The translations under genes were made by a program, and so were the position numbers. Positions 54,256 to 64,000 of a stretch of 64,000 nucleotides of DNA are shown here, in pieces. Origin of the DNA: Octopus vulgaris (lineage: Eukaryota); assembly GCA_951406725.2 (NCBI GenBank), contig OX597828.1:3286001-3350000 (forward strand). Direction: 5' to 3'. Position 1 is the stretch's first letter; each line of letters starts with the position of its first letter. A model generated the notes under the pieces. The model did no database searches and was not told the origin of the DNA. It saw only the letters and a list, made by a program, of their open reading frames with translations.

Positions 54256-56036
54256 CGTATGCATATATATATTCATACATCCATACATCACATACATACA
54301 TACAGAGATACATAATACATACATACATACATACATACATACATACATACATGCATACATACATACATGCATACATACATGCATACATACATACATAATA
54401 CATATATACATACATTCACACATACATATATTTGAATATAAATGTTTACATATTTACATGTATATAGTTGTGCGCATCTATGTATGAACATCTATATATG
54501 TATATATGGACGCATCTGTCTCTCTCTCTATATATATGTATATATATATATATACTTTTATTCTTTTATATGTTTCAGCGTTGAGGCTGGGGCACCGCCA
54601 GTATGTATACATATATACATTTACATAGAAATATATATGTACATGTATCCATATAGATAATTATATAAATATACATATACAGATATAGGCACATAACTAT
54701 TTACACATATGTCCACATATTCAATGTATGTATATATGTTGACTTATATTTACATATACATTCATATATGCGTGTATGTATAAATATATAGCTATATATC
54801 CCTATATACATGTACGCACACCTCCACAGCACTACTTTATCACTCCAGACCTCTCCTACTACGTCACCACACCACTTATACAAAGACAGACACCTCTCGC
54901 GCACGTATGCACATACACGTACTTCACACACTGTGCGGTACAGCAACGCAACACTTACACCTCGACATAAACACACCTTTATGCACGACGCCATGACACT
55001 ATTCCACGTCACTCCCTTCACTGCAACCCCACCAAAATAGTCGACCACCCTCTTACTGTAAATAAGCCACATAATGTCACAGTGGCCAGGCACGTTTGAC
55101 AGTTCTATTTAAACGAAAAGTGTTGGGCATGCGTGGTAGGTGTGGTTAGTTGAGTCTGGTGCGAGTTGGCAAGGTGTGGGGGATGTGCAGTAAAGCCGTC
55201 AAGATGAACAGATCAATTAAATGGATGGACGGATGTTCTGGTTACCTTCTGGAAACATTTGGAGTCGGTGTCAATTTGGTTACATATAATTTCACGGGCT
55301 GCCACCTTAGTGGAAGTGTCGGGATTACACTTTCATCATTGCTGCTATTGCTGCTGTTGCTGTTGTTCTTGCTGCTGTGGCTACTGCTGCGGTTGCTGCT
55401 TTTGTTGTTGTTGTTGTTGGTGGTGGTGGTTGAGGTAATGGTATTGGTGGCTGATGTGGTAGTGCTGGTGCTGTTTGATGGTAGAACTGTCTACGATGAT
55501 GATTGTTGTTGTAGTTTATTTCCCAAATCAGCCTTTATCTAGCAAACTAATACCAAAGACATTCCATTCGTGACATCCCAGTCCTTTTTTCAGACTTAAA
55601 TTATTCAAACCGTTTTACCTTCTTTTTTAAGACAGTGGTTTGTGATTTCGAGATGATTGTTATTGTTGTTTCTAGCAAGTCAAGCGATGTTCCCTCTTTT
55701 GACAGCAATGCTCTGGTTGTTGTTAGTGGTGAAGGCAGTGGCTGTAACACTGTTGCTGTTAATGGCAGGCATGGTTGTGTTGTTGCATAAATCATGGTTG
55801 GTTTTTTTGGAAGATTGTACACTTTGTTGCTAATAATGAGTAGACTTATGATCAAAGGCGTTACGGATATGGCCATCGCGATTTTCTTTTATATCTTTCA
55901 CTTGTGTCAGTCATTAGACTGCGACCATGCTGGGAATCGACTACAGTACTTGTTTTTCTTTTTAAGCCTAATACTTATTCTATCGGTCTTTTGCCGAAAC
56001 GCTAATTATGGGGACGTAAACACACCAACATTGGTG

Positions 56037-56083
<47 letters not shown>

Positions 56084-57743
56084 TATATATACGATGGGGG
56101 TTCTTTCAGTTTCCGCCTACCAAATTTATGTACAAGCCTTTGGCTGACCCGCAGCTATAGTTATATACACTTGTTTAAGGTGCCACACAGTGAGAGTGAA
56201 TCCATAGTACACCTAGGACTATTTAAGCCTAAATGTTATTTCTGTAACGTGTAATTTGATGGAAATCTGGCGGTTGATTTACTTATCCTGTCAGGTATGC
56301 AACCACAAAGTCTCGCGTATTAGTAAGTCGTAATGAAGCTGTTGCTGTTTTTTATGAATGCTATTAGCAATGTTGTTCAGACAGAAGTGAGTACGCACGG
56401 AGCATTCCAGTCATGACCATCCCATCTTTTCTAGGTTGTGAAAGATTACATTACCCAGTTTACCCGATGAGTCTCCTATAAGGTTCTGGTTTGAGGTAAA
56501 TTTGGCAGCTGTTTTTGACATACTGAATTATTACATAGAGGATCCTTGATATTTTTGTTGATATCTCTGTTGGTGATGTTAGTGAAAGTGCTAGCGATGT
56601 TTTCTATATGTTGATAGGTTTAGTTAACTTGGTACTACTAGTGTAGTATTTGAAGGAGGAATGGCTACTATTTCTAGCAGACGTTACAGTCCTTTATTGG
56701 TTCAATTTGGCAATTCCAGCAATTTGCAAGTTTTCAGTTCAGGCTGGTTTTTTAAAAATTAAATATTCATCTCGACTGAATATGCGGATACTGTCTTAAA
56801 TAGAATGTCTGGGCTGGTTCTGTGGCAATGGCTGTAAACCTTTTCATTGTGCAGGCTAGAGAGCAGATCATTGCTCAAGATGACGCGTGGTATAACAGCG
56901 TCTGAAGCCACGTCGTTCCGGAGTAGACCTCCGAACCACATAGCAGCACCTATGTAATGTGTGCGTGTATTTGGAGCAAATAATTAACTTCAAATTTTGT
57001 ATAGACTATAAATCAAATATATATATACATCCCAAAGACTCCTAAAGTCATTGTTCCGCTTCACATTTTCCTGCTATTCTAATGACAGAAGAATCTTTTC
57101 GATCAGTCTTTGTGTAGTAGCATTCCCAAAAGAAATAGATTACTTTTCCTATCACGTTGAAGGCATGGAAGATGTTCTACAGCAGATAGGAATTCGGGCT
57201 TCACAAACCGATCATTGTAATACGATATCCCTTTGGAAATTTCACAGTTCTCCTCACACGTATTTCTGGATTTATATACATACACGTACATGTGCACTAC
57301 CGCACACACACACATACACACACATGCATACACACACATACACGCACACCATATACGTTTATATGTCAACCGATGCATATATACGAATTCATAATACGTT
57401 TTTATATGTGTATTATGTCTATTAAATTTAGTTTTCAAAAAGTTTTCGCTGCTTTCGCGGATTCCCATGACTCGGTCACTATCCAATAATATCATTATAA
57501 ATTTGAATTGGCAGCTTGAGTCATAGTGAATCTGTTATTAGCTGATTACACAACTGTGGACGCCATCCCTGTGGATGAGAGGCAGTTACTTTCTTGATAG
57601 TAATCAGCCCTGTTGCTGGTAGGTAATAATCAGCCCTGTTGCTAATCATCTCTTGGGTGCCATTGGCAAGAGGTGTTGTCTTACTCTTCAGGTTTCACAT
57701 TTTACCAATTTGTACTTCAAGATGTTTACGATAGTCAAACCAT

Positions 57744-57759
57744 TTTCTTCTTCTTCTTC

Positions 57760-57791
<32 letters not shown>

Positions 57792-57842
57792 CTTCTTCTT
57801 CTTCTTCTTCTTCTTCTTCTTCTTCTTCTTCTTCTTCTTCTT

Positions 57843-57872
<30 letters not shown>
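57744..57872. repeat. (TTC)n microsatellite of about 43 units
   Basis: Direct inspection; a single interruption. Confidence 0.97.
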
Positions 57873-57873
<1 letters not shown>

Positions 57874-58034
57874 ATATTATTATTAATATGCTAGCGCATA
57901 GATATATTGTTAGGAGGCATTTTATCCTGACGTTTTGATATGATGAACGACTTTTCGTCGTCACTGTTATATCTGAACTGTTATAATATCAAACGTTCCT
58001 GACCATTTAAGGGTTTTTGGCATCAATCAGAGCA

Positions 58035-58205
58035 CCTTACTAGTCCACGCTTTAACGGATTTTGGCAGCAGATAGAGCGTCTTACAAGTGGGTACCCCTT
58101 CCACAAAAAGCGAAAGAGTCTCTCGAACTTGCCTAACCACGAATCAAGACAAGGCACCACGATCAGATGGCAGGTGATAACGGATGCAATAAACACCCAC
58201 ACCAC
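58035..58205 (-). mobile_element. L1/Tx1-clade LINE ORF2 fragment
   Basis: FERLFRFLWKGYPLVRRSICCQNPLKRGL resembles the Tx1/L1 FxFLWxG..LVxR..C...P..GGLG motif. Confidence 0.6.
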
Positions 58206-58634
58206 CTTGGGTAAGTGGTGTTTTGTGATAATGTCATCCAGGTATAAGTCCTTTTTGTTATATTTGATCAGTGTGGTCGTGTTTGTGGGGGACTTATAGG
58301 TAAGGGGCTATTTTTGCGGGTGATGTGGTTGGTTTTTTTGCGGGTGTACGGAGCTGGGAGGGCGTGGGTGACACACACTGTATTTTATTTGGTTTCCTTT
58401 TCACCTTCTGAAATTTCTTCTCCGTTAAGGCGGTCCTCATGTCGTTTGTCGGGGTACTGGGGTCATTGCTTATTTCTTCCTTTTTCTGTTTTTGGCTTCT
58501 TTGTTTCCTTTTTTTCTCTCGCTTCTTTTGTTTTGTTTTCAGTTTTTTTTCTGTAGTCGAGAGGGAGGCCTTATCGTTACCCTTTGTTTTTGAGGCGCAG
58601 TATATTCTGCTCTTATGTGGTCTTTTTTGCCACA

Positions 58635-59310
58635 CTCTCGTGAAAATTCATATGCTTCGGATTTTGATGAAATTTGAACCATAGTTATTAGAAAACATAC
58701 CCAAAATTTCCACTTGTTTGGATGATTCTAAGACCCCCAAATTTTAGTTATGTTTCATGGACCAAAATTACTGAATTAATTCTTATGATATTTGGAACTT
58801 ATATGCATAAGGGCGGGTATAATGCTGTATGTTTGGTTTGAATCTGAGGGGTCTTAAAGGGGGCAGAACCCCTCCCCCAATGAAAATTGATAAATTTCCG
58901 ATGTTGATCAAATTTCAACCATAGGTAATTGACACAAATCAAGAGGTATTCCCAAAGTTTCCGTTTCTCATGAGGATTCTAAGACCCCCTAATAGGGGCC
59001 TTAACTCTCAAACTTTAGTCCTTTTTTAATGATCCAAATCAAGGTCAAAAGTACTGAATGGATCTTTATGAAATTTGGATATTATACTCTATGCATAAGG
59101 AAGGATGTACTGCAGTATATGTTTGAAAGTGAGGGGGACATAAATGAGGCCATAACCCCCATTAAAATTCATATATTTTTGCTGTGATGAAATTTTAACC
59201 ATAGATATTAGACACCAGTGAAGTAATATTCCTAAAATTTTAACGTCTTAGGAGGTAAATAAGACCCCGTTAATGGGGGCTTAACCCTCACAATTTGTCG
59301 CTTTTCCTAA
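58635..59310 (+). repeat. Diverged tandem repeat of about 250-280 bp, roughly 2.5 units; related sequence at 59985-60330
   Basis: Recurring blocks gatgaaattt.aaccatag..att.ga, gattctaagaccccc, atttgga...tatgcataagg, tgagggg. Confidence 0.7.
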
Positions 59311-60471
59311 GCCAAAACGAATGCAATTATCGTCTTGGAAGTTGTAGAGTCACTCGAGGATACAAGAAGAGCGTTATTTGTAATCCAATGTACAACAGTG
59401 TAAGAGTTTGCTTTGAGATATACTTAGATTGTGATTTCTGCAACGTGGTGCATAAATTGTCACGTAAAGGAAAAACATCTTTTCCTCCAATGATTCAGTT
59501 GTGAAGTGTTATTTTGAGTAATGTTATTTGGTTGCAGACCGCCTTTTCAAATTTACTGCGCAGACGCAGTCCATTCGTTGACTACAATAAAAAACCGCCA
59601 ACTTTCCCTTTGATATGATTGAATACTGTAAATTTTTGGATAATTTGCGGTTAAAAGTTATATTACCACTGGGTCAGATGGTAGCACTGATTTCAAGGGC
59701 TTTCCAGATAAATGATTGGTCATTCAATGAGAGCTATAGATTGAAAATTTATTCTGTTTAGTTACCTATTGGCATAGCGATCATTGGCAAACTCCAGGGG
59801 TGACACCTTCATTTTTCTTTAGCTCTCATGTCACACAGCTGTTGATGTTTGTTTGAGGTGAGTCACACCCTTCTAATTGCTATAGATGCATCTTACGACT
59901 GTGTCGGACAGCCGTATGGTGAGGAATCCTACATTGGGGAGGACTAGGGTAGGGTAGCTGATCTCTTTTACAAACCCAGTGAACATTCATATATTTCCGA
60001 TTTCAAAAAAATTTGAACAATAGATATGATACAAGTTAAAAAATATTCCCAACAATTCAACTTCTCTTGTTGACTTTAAGAGCTCCCCTAGTAGGGGCCT
60101 TAACTCCAACATTTTAGATTTCCATGTGATCCATGTGCTCCATTTTTCAGGAGCAAAAGCCTTTGAATGGGTTTCATAATGTGTGGATTTTGGAATCTGG
60201 GCATAAAGATGAGTAGTATGGAATAAATATGTTATGATTAGAATTCTTGTTAGGGCGTGTAAAGTGGGAAAAACCCTCATTAAAATTCTTAATCTCCAAT
60301 TTTGATGTAATTCGAATCATAAGCATTCCAGTTCACTAGATGAAATATAAAAGAAAAGTCTAATTCTTCAATTCCATGTGATACAGGCAACGCCTGTAAA
60401 TGGATTTGGTAGACGGAAACTGAAAGAAGCCCGTCGTTCATACATACACACACACACACATATATATATAT

Positions 60472-61216
60472 ATACGATATAGTGTATATTTAAACATATA
60501 GAGAATACACTTATAGGGATTCTACGCGCTAGAAAGAACAGCTAAGTTCTATAACCACAAAAAATTGGGGATAACATTCGACAGGAATAAATTTGGAAAT
60601 TAAAAACATTTACCGTCTAGATTCCTGGACCAAGCGAGTCACAGAGAACTCACAAGGTTTGATTTTCCTCAGCAGGCCCAACCTAGTGTTAAACATATCT
60701 ACACGAGACAAAAAAGACTACCTGTCTTGTGTATATACGAACTAACTTTTCAAATTTACTGCGCAGACGCAGTCCATTCGTTGACTACAATAAAAAAAAT
60801 GCCAACTTTCCCTTTGATATAATTGAATACTGTAAATTTTTGGATAATTTGCGGTTAAAAGTTGGCGGTCATTTTTATTGTAGTGAACGAATGGACTGCG
60901 TCTGCGTAGTAAATTTGAAAAGTTAGCCTGTATGTACACAAGACAGGTAGCCTTTTTGTCTCGTGTATATATGTTTAACACTAGGTTGAGCCCGCTGAGG
61001 AAAATCAAACCTTGTGAGTTCTCTATGACTCGCTAAAAGAAGATTAGAAACCAATAGGTCCAGGAATCTAGACGGTAAATGTTTTTAATTTCCAAATTTA
61101 TTCCTGTCAAATTTTATACCCAATTTTTTGTGGTTATAGAACTTAGCTGTTGTTTCTAGCGTGTAGAATACCTATAAGTGGATTCCCTATGTGTTTAAAT
61201 ATACACTATATCGTAT
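60472..61216. mobile_element. About 745 bp foldback (MITE-like) element
   Basis: About 340 bp inverted arms with termini tacgatatagtg / cactatatcgta around a spacer of about 50 bp; the centre recurs at 59544-59659. Confidence 0.85.
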
Positions 61217-61326
61217 GACTAATTTATAGTCTTTTTTTACGTGTTAGACCAGTGGAAATGTAAATTTTAATTGAATGTTTTTAACTTTAATTAAATTCCA
61301 TTTCCCATTGATATGATTGAATACTG

Positions 61327-61358
<32 letters not shown>

Positions 61359-61715
61359 TAAATATATATATATAAATAAATATAAATATATATGTGTAGA
61401 TATATGTATATATATGTGTAGACATATATATATAAATATATATGTATATATATATATATATATAAACACACACACACACACACATATATATATGTATGTA
61501 TTTGTGTGTCTGTGTTTGTCCTCCCCACCATCGCTTCACAACCCATGTTGGAGTTTGTACATCCCCGTAAGCTAGCGGTTCGGCAAAAGTGCTGATAGAA
61601 AAGTACTAGGCTTACAAAGAATAAGTCCTGGCGTCTATTTCGCCGACTAAAAGCGGTGCTCTATTATCACCGCAGCCAAACGGCAGAAATAAATTAAAGA
61701 ATAAAAGAATATACA

Positions 61716-61784
<69 letters not shown>

Positions 61785-61800
61785 CTCTCTCTCTCTCTCT

Positions 61801-61892
<92 letters not shown>

Positions 61893-61896
61893 TATA

Positions 61897-62610
61897 TACA
61901 GGGGTGGTGCTGAAAAGTGAGTAGGCATAAAAAATGATAATAAAATCCACACTCCTTATACAAATGTATTGAAACTAATTGTATATGTTCTTTTTTACAT
62001 GAGGAAATAAAAGTACATCTTCATATTTCAACGTATGGACCGATGGTATCAACTAGCTTCCTCAAACAGCCAAGGATGGAATGAACAAACTTCTGACGGA
62101 CGTCGTCTGGGATAACATTGGGAACCTCCTGAATTCATGTGTGCAAGGTTTTGTCTTGTACTTCTCTTTTGTGCAACTCCAAATGTAAAAATCCCATGGA
62201 GTGAGATCTCGTCTTCTTGGAATTCTGGACTTCTGGACCTCTGCGGTCACAGTCTGAAAGTTTTAGTTCCTGCACGTAATGGGGGTTCTACGGACGAAAA
62301 TTCGATTCTTTATGCTACACCGTACGTATTGTATGTCTCGTGAGTCCACTTTCACGAGCTGCTTGACCTGTTGATTTTTGCGGGTTGCGATTAAACATAT
62401 CCTGCACTCTTGCCACGTTCTCCGCTGATCGGGATGTGGTTGGACGGCCACTTCTTCTTGCATCGTTCCCAGAACCTGTGGCCATCAGCTTTGCATGACA
62501 ACTTTTTATTGTCTCCGGACGTGGTGTTGCATGCTTATATTTCCATGCACACCACTATCTCTCGAGCGAATCAATGGCATTCATAACGTCCTGATATCTT
62601 AGCTCGCTCC
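61897..62610 (-). mobile_element. Internally deleted Tc1/mariner DDxD-type relic
   Basis: PRRRDLTPWDFYIWSCTKEKYKTKP resembles PRSPDLTPLDFxLWG; terminus ta-caggggtggtgctgaaaagt. Confidence 0.6.
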
Positions 62611-62800
62611 TGAACGGTCTTCTTTCAGTTTACGACTGCTAAATCCACTCATTAGACTCGAGTCTATAGTAGAAGACACTTGCTAAGGTTTCCACAAGGG
62701 AACTCAGAGCCATCTGGTTGGAAAGCAAACTTCTTACCACACAGTCACGCTTGCCCCTCCGTTCACGCCTGCGCCTCTGTTCACGCCTGCACCTTCATGC

Positions 62801-63925
62801 ATTGGGTCATCCCATAAATAATGTGGCTTTTTATATTTCTTTTATTTTTCAAAATTAAGATAAACAAAGTTTTTTTTAACGTAAAATACACTATCTGTTA
62901 TTCTCTACAATGCACTTCTGTCAATCTGGTACTTGCAAGGTCCCTCCTCCAAAATTCACTTGTCCGTGACGAAAATTTCTCCTCCAGTACTGTTCTGACC
63001 TCGTTTACCGAATTCATATTTTTTCCGTCCAAATAATTTTGAAGACTGGGAAATAAATGATAATCAGGTGGGGCAATGTCCAACAAATATGGTGGTTGGG
63101 GCATCGTTTGCCATTCAAACAGCTCCAGCCTTTCAAATGTCATACTCGCTATATGTGGTCGAGTATTATCCCGATGGAAGAATACCTTTCGTCTAATACC
63201 AAAGATGGTCATCTTTCTTCTAGCGCTGACTTGAATGACTGGTTGAATGACCAAGTCCAAAATTCTCTGCTAGTTTCTCAACATTTACGATGAGATTTTG
63301 TTCCACCAGGTTTTGCAGGTCGTCCTCAACGAGCTCTACAGATCTTCCAGGACGTGTCTCGTCTTCTAGGATGTAGTTTCCGGCTCAGAATTTCTGGAAC
63401 CACCCTTGACACGGGGCTTACGCTTATTGTGTGATGTTCATTCCATCCGTGGCCGTTTGAGGAAGCTGGTTGACAACATCAGTCCTTATTGTCTGCAATA
63501 ATATTCTTCGCACTTAACGTTGCGTTGTTGCCTTTATTGAGCTCATAAAGCAAAATATGCCGAATATGCTCCTTTGACACTCCCATTAAAGCTTTGAAAT
63601 AACTTTTAGAATCGAACTGCACTCTTATATCCATATTTGTCAACAAAATTGTGGAAGACGAGCTCTCGGACCGAATTCCTTTACGTTCAGCACCAAGAAG
63701 CGTAGATATGCATTATAGCTTTACATGTTTGCTCTTTTGTTTTTATATAATTACTGAAACAAAAATCTTTTCCGCCCAACGCTATTCAAATTATTCTGGG
63801 ATTTTATTTTCAAAAGTCAGCAATATTTGATGTCTTGCTTACTGGACAAAATTAGATTTTATTAATTTATTTATCAGTTCTTTTTTGTTGACATGGTTAT
63901 TTTCAGATAATTATTATGGGATGTG
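62801..63925 (-). mobile_element. Decayed mariner (DD34D)
   Basis: FHRDNTRPHIA...PQPPYLLDIAPPDYHLFPSLQNYLDGKN; TIR ttgggtcatcccataaataa; right boundary tentative. Confidence 0.8.
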
Positions 63926-64000
63926 TATTTCCCATGATGCATTTCAATAACCTAGTTTCATTTTCTTTTATGCAGTTGTTCATCTCTCGTGCCTCACCGG

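Noticed and set aside
56880-56940. SGTTWLQ sulfotransferase-like peptide on the minus strand
   Set aside because: It lacks the preceding YPK and the frame stops 9 codons later.
57598-57645. 18-bp direct repeat (taatcagccctgttgct) as a CRISPR-like unit
   Set aside because: Only two copies with a spacer of about 9 nt in eukaryotic DNA; a simple local duplication.

Overview
AT-rich, microsatellite-saturated eukaryotic DNA with no recognisable host protein-coding gene. The SINE families and the (TA)n/(CA)n/(TACA)n density fit an octopus-type (coleoid cephalopod) intron or intergenic region; this assignment is inference. Most ORF-track entries are microsatellite translations. The real content is a transposon graveyard. 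It holds three Penelope-like (Naiad-type RT + GIY-YIG) pieces, one nearly intact at 3186-5011, an RTE LINE, CRE, L1/Tx1 and L2/CR1 fragments, several mariner/DDxD relics, MITEs, three to four tRNA-derived SINE families, and 5S rRNA and tRNA-Val pseudogenes. The notable signal is RNA structure: about a dozen hammerhead-ribozyme (HHR) motifs from unrelated short elements sitting in (TA)n tracts. Two stand out. (1) A head-to-tail dimer of a 352-353 bp highly structured unit, each copy with a perfect type I HHR, a candidate circRNA-producing retrozyme (49582-50294). (2) Two unrelated inverted-repeat elements (38089-38580 and 38651-39501) whose HHR strands occur in a non-circularly permuted, pseudoknotted order. 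All ribozyme calls are by-eye folds and need covariance and cleavage tests.
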